Positions 32,336 to 43,225 of a stretch of DNA of 64,000 nucleotides are shown here, piece by piece. How positions within the stretch are numbered: position 1 is the stretch's first letter; every line of letters starts with the position of its first letter. A model generated the notes under the pieces. It was not told the origin of the DNA. It did no database searches and saw only the letters and a program-made list of their open reading frames with translations. The position numbers and the translations under genes were made by a program. The stretch is from Synechococcus sp. (GTDB lineage: Bacteria; Cyanobacteriota; Cyanobacteriia; Thermostichales; PCC-7336): contig JBFRWD010000138.1 of assembly GCA_051439425.1 (NCBI GenBank), positions 10,208 to 74,207 on the forward strand, given 5' to 3'.

Positions 32336-33262
32336 TTACGCTGAAGTCACTATTCGGCCTCCTCCTCGATCCAAATTCAGTAGCTTTGCGGTTGCACTAA
32401 CGTCCAGCTGTCCCCATGCAGTCACAGCAGCAGTTCCGATCGCTTCCCGACGCTCTCGAGAGCAGAACGCCAGCAAGGTGGGTCCCGAACCGCTAATGGT
32501 GACTCCATACGCTCCAGCAGCAATTGCAGCAGTCTGAATAGTTGTAAAGCCGGAGATCAGCTGGGCTCGGTACGGTTGGTGCAGGCGATCGTCGAGTGCG
32601 GTTGCCAACCATTTCGTATTACCGGTACCGAGGGCTCGCAGCAATAACCCTAAATGAGCCTGTGTGAAAACAGCGTCAGACAAACTCACAGACTCGGGCA
32701 GAACATCGCGGGCTTTCTCGGTGGATAGCTTGAAGTCGGGTACGAGCGCTACTACTTCAATGTCGGAATGCCACTCCAGCGGGCAAAAGGTCCAGCGTCC
32801 TTGTCCCCCCAGAACCGATAATTGACATCCTCCCTGTAGGGCTGGAACAACGTTGTCGGGATGTCCTTCGATTGCGATTGCTAATTGCAGCAATGTCTCT
32901 TGCGCTAAGTTCAGTCCACCCATGGCGTTAGCCCCCAACAAACCACCCACAATGGCAGTAGCTGAGCTACCTAAGCCGCGAGACATGGGGACATTTAGCT
33001 CAATTTCGATATTGACGCTGGGAATCGGGCGATCGAGAAGCTCAAAGGCACGGGCATAGGCTCGGTAGACCAGATTATCTTTATCGAACGATACATCTTC
33101 CTGACCCCGCACCAGAATACTGACATCCCCCTCCTCGTCGGAGTCTCCTTCGCGCGGAGAAAACCAGAAATGGTTGTAAAGATCGAGGGCTGCCCCTAGA
33201 CAATCGAATCCAGGGCCTAGATTGGCCGTGGTGGCAGGAACAATGACTTCTGTCGCAGTCAT
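32336..33262 (-). CDS. thrB: Homoserine kinase
   Basis: VPATTANLGPGFD, PMSRGLGSS, EGHPDNV, SGSGPT. Confidence 0.96.
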   Translation of the reverse strand: MTATEVIVPATTANLGPGFDCLGAALDLYNHFWFSPREGDSDEEGDVSILVRGQEDVSFDKDNLVYRAYARAFELLDRPIPSVNIEIELNVPMSRGLGSSATAIVGGLLGANAMGGLNLAQETLLQLAIAIEGHPDNVVPALQGGCQLSVLGGQGRWTFCPLEWHSDIEVVALVPDFKLSTEKARDVLPESVSLSDAVFTQAHLGLLLRALGTGNTKWLATALDDRLHQPYRAQLISGFTTIQTAAIAAGAYGVTISGSGPTLLAFCSRERREAIGTAAVTAWGQLDVSATAKLLNLDRGGGRIVTSA

Positions 33263-33564
33263 GAGAATGGAGAGCCTCAAATGAGTCATTACACCAGCGG
33301 TGATGCCGGTGCGATATCGGTATTATCTGCCACGCTGGTCTGGAAACAACCCTCTTGCGAGCAAACGCCCTGCTCTGAAACCACTGCAAATTCCAAGCGG
33401 TTCCCTTGAAACTAAGACCTAGACACCAAATGGTGGGTAAATCACGAGCAAGCTCTTACCCTGGCTACTGTCGAATTCAGAGCAAAATCCAACCAATCAT
33501 TCTCGAACACGGTTTAACACAGGGCAGAACAGGCGATAATGCAACAGAATATTAAGCCTTTCGT

Positions 33565-34080
33565 TTGCACGTGAACTCTCTCGATATAGATGCATCTCAC
33601 CGGACTCCTACCCCCCGTCCCCTGTGGCGCGTCATTGCACTTTCTTTGGTCACAGGACTGCTGTACTACGGCTGGTATAAGTGGGTGATTCAGGAGGAGC
33701 TGCGAGCCTACAACGGTCAGGGTTGGTCCGGCAACCTCTGTTTGTTCCCCTTTGTGCTGGGAGTCACAGTACCGCCACTGTTGGCTACATTCGACCCTGA
33801 TGTCCCCCAATGGTTTGGCTCCCTATCCATATTGGGGGTGCTTTGGATTTATATTGTTCAATTTCGGTTGTACTGCGATGTCAATGCCCTCTATCGCCAG
33901 GAAGGATTGCCGGAACCGCTAGTGGTGTGGTGGCTCGTGATTCCAGGGTTGAATCTTGTCGTCGGGTTGCGACAGATTCATTTTTTGAGCCGGTTTTGGG
34001 CTCGGAAAACAGGCAAAGTAGCCGATGACCCAGTCGTGGATAGCATTCCACTGATGTTCGACTATTCCGAGACCGTTTAG
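33565..34080 (+). CDS. Small membrane protein (DUF4234-like)
   Basis: LSLVTGLLYYGWYKW motif and several TM segments; start uncertain. Confidence 0.55.
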   Translation: MHVNSLDIDASHRTPTPRPLWRVIALSLVTGLLYYGWYKWVIQEELRAYNGQGWSGNLCLFPFVLGVTVPPLLATFDPDVPQWFGSLSILGVLWIYIVQFRLYCDVNALYRQEGLPEPLVVWWLVIPGLNLVVGLRQIHFLSRFWARKTGKVADDPVVDSIPLMFDYSETV

Positions 34081-34099
34081 GTTGCTCGGTATCTAGCCC

Positions 34100-35830
34100 G
34101 TGGCCATTAAGCTCCGCCCCTATCAAAAACTTGCGATCGCATCGATTGAAACCAGTTGGGAACGGTGCGATCGCAGTTTGGTGCAAATGGCGACAGGATC
34201 GGGCAAAACGGTGGTGTTTGCTCAGTTGCTCAAAAAACGCCTACGAGGCACGAATCAGCAAGGGTTTGTGTTGGTTCATCGCCAAGAACTACTGCAGCAA
34301 GCAGTGGATAAAATCCGCCAAGTATGGCCGAGAGCCAAGCTGGGAGTCATACAGCGACAACGAGAAGAGCTGGACAAGCAAGTCATCGTCGCAAGCATTC
34401 CGTCGTTATATCGCCGGCTGGATCGGATTGACCCCTCCACCATCGATCTGGTGGTGGTAGACGAAGCCCATCACGCTCCGGCGAAGAGCTGGCAAACAAC
34501 CATTAATGCGCTGACCTCGCACGGTGCCAAGTGCCTGGGAGTAACGGCAACTCCCGAGCGAGATAAGCGGGTGGGGCTGGGCGAAGTCTTTGAGGAGCTG
34601 TGCTTTACGCGATCGCTCCCCGATCTGATTCCCGATTATCTCTGCGATCTGCGGGCAGTCCGCCTCGACACGGAACTAGAGCTAGATCGTGTCCGCACCC
34701 GCCAAGGGGATTTCGTGGTGGGTGAGTTGGATAGGGCAGTGAATACCTATGCCCGCAATCAACTGATTGTGGAAGGCTGGATGCGCTATGCCGACGGTCG
34801 AGCAGCAGTGGCTTACTGTGTATCGGTGCATCATGCCCTGCAATTGGCGGAGACCTTTCGCTCGTTTGGAATCGCGGCAGGTACAGTCAGCGGCAAGCAA
34901 TCACGGGGCGATCGCCAAACCACTCTCGACGCATTTCAATCGGGAAAATTGCAGGTCTTGACCAACTGCTTGGTGCTGACTGAGGGATGGGATTGCCCGC
35001 AATTACAGTGCGTGATTATGGCCCGTCCCACCCAGTCATCGCTGTTGTTTACCCAAATGCTGGGGCGAGGTACCCGTCAGGCGGAGGGGAAAGAAGACTG
35101 CTTGATTATCGACGTGTCGGACAATACCCATCGTCACAAGGTGCAGACTGTCCACCAACTATTTGGCTTAGCTCGGCGCACAGATTTGTTCAAGCAGACT
35201 GTATCGCAGCGGGTTCGGGAGCAAGAACAGGCAGAGATTCGGCGGCGACAGCAAGAAGCACAGCTGTTGCAGCGCATGGATGTAGAGATTGTCAGTCTGT
35301 TACTCTCTGCCGAAGCATCATTGCCCAGTCGATTTGAGTGGACGCCTCTCTCTAAAGGCTGTTGGTTTCTCAAAATCCCCGAACAGGAACCCAAGTACGG
35401 TGGCGATTTACTGCAAATTCAATACGGGGCGGATGTGGGAGCCAGTTTGATACGTGTCAGTCACCACAAACTGGAAGAGTTAGCAGCAGCTCCGGCCCTA
35501 CCTCACTTGGTGGCGATCGCTGATGAGTGGATCGATAAGCATCTGCGATTTACGGTGATTTTGTTAGACAAAGCGGCAGATTGGCGCATACATCCCGCCT
35601 CTGAAATGCAGAAAAGCTACATTCGTTGTTTACTCAGACGGATCGAGCCCTACGAACCCGAACTATATGCAGAAGTAACCGCACAACTCAAGCAAATTGA
35701 ATCGGCAGAAGCACTACGAGAGTTTTACGAACAGCAAGAAGCGATCGTGCCACCAGAGATCGCGGCTCGACAGCTAACCAAAGGATTGGCCAGCCAGTTG
35801 ATTGCGTTTTTAAAAGCGAAAGATCGCTAA
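34100..35830 (+). CDS. SF2 DEAH helicase (Irc3/YejH/ResIII-like)
   Basis: LRPYQ, ATGSGKT, DEAHH, TAT, LTEGWD, QMLGRGTR. Confidence 0.9.
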   Translation: MAIKLRPYQKLAIASIETSWERCDRSLVQMATGSGKTVVFAQLLKKRLRGTNQQGFVLVHRQELLQQAVDKIRQVWPRAKLGVIQRQREELDKQVIVASIPSLYRRLDRIDPSTIDLVVVDEAHHAPAKSWQTTINALTSHGAKCLGVTATPERDKRVGLGEVFEELCFTRSLPDLIPDYLCDLRAVRLDTELELDRVRTRQGDFVVGELDRAVNTYARNQLIVEGWMRYADGRAAVAYCVSVHHALQLAETFRSFGIAAGTVSGKQSRGDRQTTLDAFQSGKLQVLTNCLVLTEGWDCPQLQCVIMARPTQSSLLFTQMLGRGTRQAEGKEDCLIIDVSDNTHRHKVQTVHQLFGLARRTDLFKQTVSQRVREQEQAEIRRRQQEAQLLQRMDVEIVSLLLSAEASLPSRFEWTPLSKGCWFLKIPEQEPKYGGDLLQIQYGADVGASLIRVSHHKLEELAAAPALPHLVAIADEWIDKHLRFTVILLDKAADWRIHPASEMQKSYIRCLLRRIEPYEPELYAEVTAQLKQIESAEALREFYEQQEAIVPPEIAARQLTKGLASQLIAFLKAKDR

Positions 35831-35903
35831 ACATGGGTTGGGAAAGTTGTACTTGCAACAACGGTAAGGCTCTGACTTCTTTCAATCATCTGTCCCCATC
35901 TGT

Positions 35904-36665
35904 CTACGAAGCAGCCTCTTCGTAGGTTTGATTGACCGCATCCCAGTTGACTACATTCCACCATGCGTCGAGATAGTCGGTTCGACGATTCTGATAGTTC
36001 AGATAGTAGGCATGTTCCCACACGTCATTGCCAAGAATCGGCACATTGCCATCCAATAAGGGACTATCTTGATTTGCGGTGCTGGTGACTTCAAGATCTC
36101 CATCACCGTTGAGCACCAGCCAGGCCCAACCGCTGCCAAATTGCTTGGCACCAGCAGTATGAAATGCCTCTTTGAAACTGTCAAAATCACCAAAGCTGGC
36201 GGCGATCGCATCTGCAATTGCTCCGCTGGGCTCTCCCCCACCGTCGGGTGACATGCTTACCCAAAACAGCGAGTGATTGGCATGCCCTCCCCCGTTATTG
36301 CGCACCGTCGTCCGAATGTCTTCGGGTAGAGTGCCGAGTGACCGCAATAATGCCTCAAGCGACATATCCTGCAACTCAGGATACTCTGCGATCGCTGCAT
36401 TCAAATTCCTGACATACCCAGCGTGATGCTTGTCGTGGTGAAGCATCATTGTCTGGGTATCGATATACGGGTTGAGCGAATCGTAATCGTAAGGTAGTGG
36501 CGGCAGAGTAAAGACCTCGGCGCTGGTCTGAGCCACACCTACCATGTTCCTGAAACTGGGCCATGTATCAAGTGGAAAATAGTGAGCAGATGGCGATAGA
36601 GCCCATGCAAATACTGTTGCAATACCAGCAAGAAACGCGAGCCAGCTCCGACGTTTAATACTCAT
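35904..36665 (-). CDS. sodA: Superoxide dismutase, probably Mn-type, with N-terminal targeting peptide
   Basis: [27 protein letters not shown]; twin-Arg leader KRRSWL. Confidence 0.9.
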   Translation of the reverse strand: MSIKRRSWLAFLAGIATVFAWALSPSAHYFPLDTWPSFRNMVGVAQTSAEVFTLPPLPYDYDSLNPYIDTQTMMLHHDKHHAGYVRNLNAAIAEYPELQDMSLEALLRSLGTLPEDIRTTVRNNGGGHANHSLFWVSMSPDGGGEPSGAIADAIAASFGDFDSFKEAFHTAGAKQFGSGWAWLVLNGDGDLEVTSTANQDSPLLDGNVPILGNDVWEHAYYLNYQNRRTDYLDAWWNVVNWDAVNQTYEEAAS

Positions 36666-36914
36666 AAGCCCAGATTGATTCTGTGTGAAAAATTTACGTG
36701 TACTCTACGATGAAAATACGATTATTTCTTGCCAGACAACTAAAACTTAAAATTACTGGAGCATTACAGGCGAACTCGCGAACTTAAGGGCCGGATAGGC
36801 ATGGCTTTAATTCATAAAAAATTTATCAAATCACAAATGAGTTGAGACGCACTCGCAGCGATTGCTTGCCCCGCTCAATTTCAACTGATTTTGTCATATG
36901 TCGGAAATCATACT

Positions 36915-37817
36915 TTAGGGAAGTACGTGCGTCCGAGTCCAGTCATCTTCCGTAACTTCCACCTCATACCCTTGAGCATCGCCAGAGGGCGATCGCACCT
37001 CAACGGAGAACGATTGGCGATCGTTTAAAACCGCTTCCACGGCGAAATTACCCGATACATCAGTCTCCACAATGTTGCCGTTGACGTACACCAGATTAAT
37101 CGGGAAGACCCTAGCTTCCATCCGTGCCGTTGGGATGGGAGCAGCCGTGACCAGATCTGCGTTGAAAATCCCTAAATCCACATCAGCCCCACTCAGAGAA
37201 TCGGGCTCAGTCGGCACCTCACCAGGAATCACAATCGAGTAACTACCGTCGTCTACATTGACGGACACCCCTCCCGCTTCTGCCACTACAGCCCCCTCAA
37301 AAGTGGCCACTGAGGTTCGTCCCATCGGGGTAATGCCCACCCCAAAATCCGTGCCCCGCACTCCAGCAATACCGGCAGGAGACTGGATGGTTAATCTCGA
37401 AGTCGGGCGATTTAAGCGGCGTATTTGAAAGCGAGCCGTCCCTTCAGGCACATCAACTTCCGTGATCGTTCCCCCTTCGGAATCAGTGGTGAGAGTCAAA
37501 ATTTCTAGGCGACTTTCTTCGAATACCCTGACACTGCCAATCCCATCATCGAACGACAAACTAGCCTCGGACCTCTCTCCCGTTCGGATACCGTCCCCTT
37601 GCCAAATCAGCAAATCTCCAAGACGGGCTGTATGCCAGTTCGTACCACCGTGTCTGGCCGAAGCCTCTCCATTGAGTTCCCGCACTTCCAACCAGCGGGT
37701 TGGACGAGAACCGGGCAACGTCAGAACCTCTTGCGCAGATAGAGGATCTAGAGAGGCCAACAAAGCCAATATGAATGTCAGGGGAAAAGCGGTCGCAATC
37801 CGCCAATCTAGCGTCAC
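36915..37817 (-). CDS. FecR-domain secreted protein
   Basis: Signal peptide; GDGIRTG, SPAGIAGVRGTDF. Confidence 0.8.
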   Translation of the reverse strand: MTLDWRIATAFPLTFILALLASLDPLSAQEVLTLPGSRPTRWLEVRELNGEASARHGGTNWHTARLGDLLIWQGDGIRTGERSEASLSFDDGIGSVRVFEESRLEILTLTTDSEGGTITEVDVPEGTARFQIRRLNRPTSRLTIQSPAGIAGVRGTDFGVGITPMGRTSVATFEGAVVAEAGGVSVNVDDGSYSIVIPGEVPTEPDSLSGADVDLGIFNADLVTAAPIPTARMEARVFPINLVYVNGNIVETDVSGNFAVEAVLNDRQSFSVEVRSPSGDAQGYEVEVTEDDWTRTHVLP

Positions 37818-38054
37818 AATCTTCTTCCCTTCGAAAGCAATGACCTGGCGTCAGTGTATCCGCTGTTCGATTTTGAGGGTGTTCGTATGTTTTCTCAATG
37901 CCCATCCACGAGCATACGGCGTTAGGTAATACACATAGAAGAGCATCAATAGCCACCAGTTGCTACTATGCCTAACTGCCCCTGCACCCGATCGCAGCGT
38001 CACCATAACGTCCAATACAATCCACAACTCCTGACATGGGGGAATGATTGAACC

Positions 38055-39839
38055 TTGATCGATCGCCTTTCTCCAACCGAGCCTGCTCCAACCGCGCCTT
38101 CTGGGGCCCACTTCCGACTCGTACCGCTATTAACCGGTCAGGGGGGATACAGCTATTGGTTGGAGGTTGACCGCCACGCCATATTGCTAGACGTGGGCAG
38201 CGATTGGGATGCCCTAGCCGGTCGTCTACCGCGAGCCCCCGATGCCGTCATTCTCAGCCACACCCATATAGGTGTAGCAGGCGGTTTATCGGGATTGGTG
38301 AGGCAACACCCCGACTGTCCGATTTACGCCACGATCGCCACATTTGAAGGATTGGACATTCAGGATCTTGAGCAACTAGAAGCAGTCAATCGGCAAGCTC
38401 TTGCCTTTCGCCAACCCATTGCCATGGGGGAACATCTGTTCCTTACCTTTGAGCCAGCCGGACATCTGCCAGGGGCCGCCGTAACGATTCTGACGGTTAT
38501 CCAACACCAACCCGAGCAACAACCAGACAGGGATGGAGATACAGGGCCCTCTATTTCGACCCTGAGGAGCGGACATACCTGTATCGTCACCGGAGATTGT
38601 GCCCTAACAACCAGTCGCTTTCAACCCGGCCTTCCGCTGGCCCAATTGCGTCAGTGGCATCCGGAGGTCTTGGCCGTCGGCGGCGCCTTAGGTACCCAGA
38701 AGCTGCCGTCTCGTAAAGAGGCGGAATCAAATCTCATCCAGCAGGTGCAAGCGGCGATCGCTGCCCAGAAAACCCTCCTGCTACCGGTGCCACCAACCGG
38801 CATTCCCCAAGAGCTTCTCTTTTCCATCGCCACCAACAATCGTCTGCGCCAAGGTCCATCCAAACTCTGCGTGTGGCTGGATGATGCCATCGTGACTGGC
38901 TGCGAGCGCTACCGAACCATCCTGCCCCATCTCCCCAAATCCATCCGCAATTACGCTCGCGATCGCACGCTCTTTGTCCAAGAGAATAAACATCTCAGGA
39001 TTGCAGCACTGCCCACAGACGATCGGGAGCGTCACACAGTGTTGCAATCATCAGGCTTGTTGCTGTGCAATGCAGCTGCCTCTATGGAGGAATGGAATGC
39101 CATCTGGAGGCATTTACATCCCGAACGCACCCTGTATCTCCGGTTGCCGGAAGTTGAGTTAAGCATTCCCATCGAGCAATGGCCCGCAGAACTTCGATCG
39201 AGAATGGAGGTGAGTGATGAAGCGTGGCACAGCCTCTGCGATCGCAACAGCCTTAAGCAGATTGTGCATACCCTCAAACCCCAACACCTCGTATTCACCC
39301 ACGGCCTGAAACAGCGGTTGCGGGAATTAGCGCAACTACCAGAATTTCGAGATCGCTATTTGACGTATGCCCCTCAGTATGGGGACGAGATCTCCCTGAA
39401 TTTGGCAGCGATTGAAGCCAGAAATCCGGTGGATACCAGCTCCACCGAATCGATCATCTACGAGGGAGAAGCCGACGAAACCCTCTCCATCCACACCGGC
39501 AAGATTGAAGGGGTTGAAGTTAGGTTACCGCCTGCAGTGATGGATGATTCCCGCTGGGATTCTCTCTCGGAGACCGGTTTCGTAACCGCCCGTTGGGAGC
39601 ACGACTGTCTGGTCATTCGTGGGCTATCCAGTCGAGCGTTACAGCGCGAGTCGTTCAATTTTGGTGCAGACAAACAGTACGAGCGCGGTGCGGGTGACTG
39701 CTCGGGCTGCGCATTCTATGCTCGAGTCAGCTCCGCTCCCGCCGCAAAACCTCAATGTAGTCAACCCAGCTCTCCGCTGTACGGAGTCACAGTCAGTCCG
39801 CAGGGTTCCTGCCCGGATTTCAAACCTGTCGGGCAATAG
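38055..39839 (+). CDS. MBL-fold/beta-CASP-like protein with degenerate metal motif and C-terminal Cys module
   Basis: LLDVG, SHTHIGV, AGHLPGA, TGD, VFTHG; C-terminal CSGC...C...C. Confidence 0.7.
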   Translation: MIDRLSPTEPAPTAPSGAHFRLVPLLTGQGGYSYWLEVDRHAILLDVGSDWDALAGRLPRAPDAVILSHTHIGVAGGLSGLVRQHPDCPIYATIATFEGLDIQDLEQLEAVNRQALAFRQPIAMGEHLFLTFEPAGHLPGAAVTILTVIQHQPEQQPDRDGDTGPSISTLRSGHTCIVTGDCALTTSRFQPGLPLAQLRQWHPEVLAVGGALGTQKLPSRKEAESNLIQQVQAAIAAQKTLLLPVPPTGIPQELLFSIATNNRLRQGPSKLCVWLDDAIVTGCERYRTILPHLPKSIRNYARDRTLFVQENKHLRIAALPTDDRERHTVLQSSGLLLCNAAASMEEWNAIWRHLHPERTLYLRLPEVELSIPIEQWPAELRSRMEVSDEAWHSLCDRNSLKQIVHTLKPQHLVFTHGLKQRLRELAQLPEFRDRYLTYAPQYGDEISLNLAAIEARNPVDTSSTESIIYEGEADETLSIHTGKIEGVEVRLPPAVMDDSRWDSLSETGFVTARWEHDCLVIRGLSSRALQRESFNFGADKQYERGAGDCSGCAFYARVSSAPAAKPQCSQPSSPLYGVTVSPQGSCPDFKPVGQ

Positions 39840-39869
39840 AGCCAACGACTCATATCGAGAAATTCAGGC

Positions 39870-40901
39870 TTACAAGAACCAGCCATAACTGTGCAGGCCA
39901 ATGCCGAGTAAGTTCACGCCGAGATAGCACACCCAAACCACGACAAATCCGGCTCCAGCCAGAATCGCGGGGCGTCGTCCTTGCCAACCTTTCGTGATCC
40001 GAGTGTGGAGGTAGGCCGCAAATACTAACCACGTGATCAGTGCCCACGTTTCTTTCGGGTCCCAACTCCAATACGTCCCCCACGCTTCGTTGGCCCAGAC
40101 CGCTCCAGCAATGATGCCAATAGTCAGTAGAGGGAACCCCAGACCAATCAGACGATAGCTAACGTTATCGAGGGTGTCTGCCAAACTCAGTCGTTGGGGA
40201 GTTAAAGCAACTACAGGTGACGTCTGCGGTTGGTCTAAAACGGCGACATCACCGCTCATGGCAACGGCACCAGCCGTAACAGTGCCAGCAGGCATCGGCA
40301 TCGTCGTGGCACCCGCATGCGTCGACGCTTCAGACTGGCGCAAGTCACTGCGATCGCGATAGCTACCAATCCCGTAGGAACTGCCCTTGAGTTCGATATC
40401 CTGACCGCGAGTCACCACCAGAAATGCGATCGCCAACACCGCCCCCACCATCAGAGTGGAATAGCTGAACATCATCACCGATACGTGCATCATCAGCCAA
40501 TTGGACTGCAGGGCAGGAACCAGAGGAGCCGACAGTTGCATATCGCTGGGAAGCTTGAAGGCAGCAAAAGCAACAATCCCCATCGCCACCGGCGCGGTAA
40601 AGACCCCTACGAGGCGACTGCGACCGATCCATTCGGCCACCAAATGCATGACTGTCACCCCCCACGCCATAAAGAACAGCGACTCGTACAGATTGCTAAT
40701 GGGGAAGTACCCCGCATCCATCCAGCGTGCTCCCAGCATGACAGCGATCGCTAAGTTACCAATCGCCATCGCCGCTGTCCCCAATTCCGGGAGGACAGGA
40801 ATGCGAGGGAAAGCTGCCGATACCCAGTACAACAGCATGGCCACAAGCAGGATGGCGAATGCAACGTTATCGAGTAGAGCTTGAAGAGACGCGAGATCCA
40901 T
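39870..40901 (-). CDS. ccsA: Cytochrome c biogenesis protein CcsA (system II)
   Basis: [23 protein letters not shown] domain [25 protein letters not shown]. Confidence 0.96.
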   Translation of the reverse strand: MDLASLQALLDNVAFAILLVAMLLYWVSAAFPRIPVLPELGTAAMAIGNLAIAVMLGARWMDAGYFPISNLYESLFFMAWGVTVMHLVAEWIGRSRLVGVFTAPVAMGIVAFAAFKLPSDMQLSAPLVPALQSNWLMMHVSVMMFSYSTLMVGAVLAIAFLVVTRGQDIELKGSSYGIGSYRDRSDLRQSEASTHAGATTMPMPAGTVTAGAVAMSGDVAVLDQPQTSPVVALTPQRLSLADTLDNVSYRLIGLGFPLLTIGIIAGAVWANEAWGTYWSWDPKETWALITWLVFAAYLHTRITKGWQGRRPAILAGAGFVVVWVCYLGVNLLGIGLHSYGWFL

Positions 40902-41119
40902 GAAAAATGAGTCCGAGGTGTGCAAGTGCTGCTGCCATTTTGAGGGATGATCGGTCACCAGACCTGTGTAGTGCAGCCGATGGGAGAAGTCAAAGAATCC
41001 ATCACCAGTGTAGGTCAATCCCTTCGGAAGGCGGCCCCCTCAAGCGATATCGGGAGAAGACCACCCGTGGGAGAACGTGTCCCTTACGATTGAAATACCT
41101 TCCCTCTCTCAACATTTGC

Positions 41120-42988
41120 ATGACGGCTACTTCTGCTCAGTCCAATCGCCAGCCCAATCGCCGCAGGTCTCAGTACAGCGACTGGGGCTTATTGATGAAG
41201 CTATGGCCTTATGCCAAGCGCCATTGGAAGCTACTGGGATTGGCGATCGCTTTTCTGCCCCCGTTAGCGATCTCCCAAGCCATTCAGCCCATTATTTTGC
41301 AACGGGCGATCGATGGTCCGATCCAGTCGGGCCAGATCGAGCAGCTGTGGCTCTTTGTTGCACTCCTGCTTGCGGTGGGATTGATTCGGTTTGTCTTCCA
41401 GGCTCTAGAAGGCTTTGTCAGTCAGAAATTCGGTCAGCAGCTGACCAATGATGTCCGCGATGACTTATTCGAGCATGTCACCAGCTTGGCCTCTTCATTT
41501 TTCGATCGCACCCCTGTCGGCAAACTGATCACCCGCATCACCAGCGATGTAGAAGCCTTGGGCGATGTATTCTCCACCGGGGCCGTGGGGGTAGTCAGCG
41601 ACCTGGTTACGCTAGTGGCGATCGCCGGCATGATGATCTGGCAACGTTGGAATTTGGCCCTATTCCTAATCGGTTTGATTCTGCCGATGGCTGCCTTGGT
41701 GATTTGGCTGCAGCAGCTCTATCGCAATGCCAACTTTCGCGTCCGCGAAGAACTGTCCTCGCTTAATTCCCTGCTACAGGAAAACATTTTAGGGGTGAGT
41801 GTGGTGCAGATGTTCCGCCGGGAAGCGTTCAACAGCGATGTTTATCTAGACAACAACCGTCGCTACATCCGCGAAGTAGACAAGACCATTCTCTACGACT
41901 CCACTCTGTCGTCTGTGTTGGAGTGGGTGACCTGGATTGGCGTCGCGGGAATACTGTGGCTGGGCGGCAGCGAAATTTTGCAGGCCCTGGCGACCAGAGG
42001 AGAAACCTGGATAGCTCAAAGCATACCGTTCATCCCAGACGCCATGCGCCAGCGAGCCGCCGAACCGCTCACCTTCGGCAATTTGTATGCCTTTGTTCTG
42101 TTTTCCTCTCAGTTTTTCAACCCCCTCAGGCAGCTTGCGGAAAAATTTACCTCCCTACAATCCGGATTTACAGCGGTAGAGCGCATCACCGGTATGTTGG
42201 AATTGCCAATTGAAGTTGCCGATCCGGCACAGCCCGTTACTCTTGCCGAACCCGTTAGAGGGGAAGTCACGTTCAAGAACGTGTCATTTGGCTACAAGCC
42301 AGACGAGCCTGTCTTAAACGATCTCGATTTCACCATTCGACCGGGGGAAAAAGTGGCGCTGGTGGGGCCAACAGGAGCGGGGAAAAGCTCCATCATTCGC
42401 TTACTGGCCCGCCTGTATGACGTCAGTAGCGGCCACATTTACATCGATGGCGTCGATATCCGCGAACTGGCTCAAGCGGACTTGCGCCGTCACTTAGGGG
42501 TGATACTTCAAGATAACTTTCTCTTCTCCGGCGATATTCGCGACAACATTACCCTCGGCGAGACCTATTCGGAGGAGCGCATTCGACAGGCAACACGGCT
42601 GATGAACGTGGAGCCGTTCATTCTAGATTTGCCCCAGGGATACGACACGGAAGTTCGCGAGCGAGGAAACAACTTATCCTCCGGCCAGAAGCAACTGCTG
42701 TCGTTTGCACGGGCGATGGTGCGCAATCCGCGCATTCTTGTGTTGGATGAAGCAACGGCCAGTTTGGATGTCGCCACAGAGTCGCTAATTCAGGATGCGC
42801 TGGAAACGCTATTGCGCGATCGCACGGCAAATATTATTGCCCATCGCCTCGCAACCATCCGCAACGTCGATCGCATCCTGGTACTGAAGCGGGGGCGACT
42901 CAAAGAACAAGGCACCCACGAAGAACTATTAGCCCTAAATGGCATCTACGCCAACCTGTACAACCTACAAAGCATTCAGCAGCAGTAG
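41120..42988 (+). CDS. ABC exporter, fused TMD-NBD
   Basis: GPTGAGKS, LSSGQKQ, ILVLDEAT, IAHRL. Confidence 0.93.
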   Translation: MTATSAQSNRQPNRRRSQYSDWGLLMKLWPYAKRHWKLLGLAIAFLPPLAISQAIQPIILQRAIDGPIQSGQIEQLWLFVALLLAVGLIRFVFQALEGFVSQKFGQQLTNDVRDDLFEHVTSLASSFFDRTPVGKLITRITSDVEALGDVFSTGAVGVVSDLVTLVAIAGMMIWQRWNLALFLIGLILPMAALVIWLQQLYRNANFRVREELSSLNSLLQENILGVSVVQMFRREAFNSDVYLDNNRRYIREVDKTILYDSTLSSVLEWVTWIGVAGILWLGGSEILQALATRGETWIAQSIPFIPDAMRQRAAEPLTFGNLYAFVLFSSQFFNPLRQLAEKFTSLQSGFTAVERITGMLELPIEVADPAQPVTLAEPVRGEVTFKNVSFGYKPDEPVLNDLDFTIRPGEKVALVGPTGAGKSSIIRLLARLYDVSSGHIYIDGVDIRELAQADLRRHLGVILQDNFLFSGDIRDNITLGETYSEERIRQATRLMNVEPFILDLPQGYDTEVRERGNNLSSGQKQLLSFARAMVRNPRILVLDEATASLDVATESLIQDALETLLRDRTANIIAHRLATIRNVDRILVLKRGRLKEQGTHEELLALNGIYANLYNLQSIQQQ

Positions 42989-43225
42989 AGCACGTCATTA
43001 TGTCGGCAATTCCCTGACATTAGCGGCTTGCGTTTAAACCAAAGCGGGCAACACTGGAAACGAGCCGCGGTTTTCATGCTGCTGAATGCAAACCACGACT
43101 CTGTAGAAGCATGGGTGGACTCAGGCACTATCATCAGCTTGCAAGGGTATAAATACCGATCTGCAATCGGCAGATCCCAGATTTTGTAGTTCTGCATACT
43201 ATTATGAATTTAGATTGACGATCGG

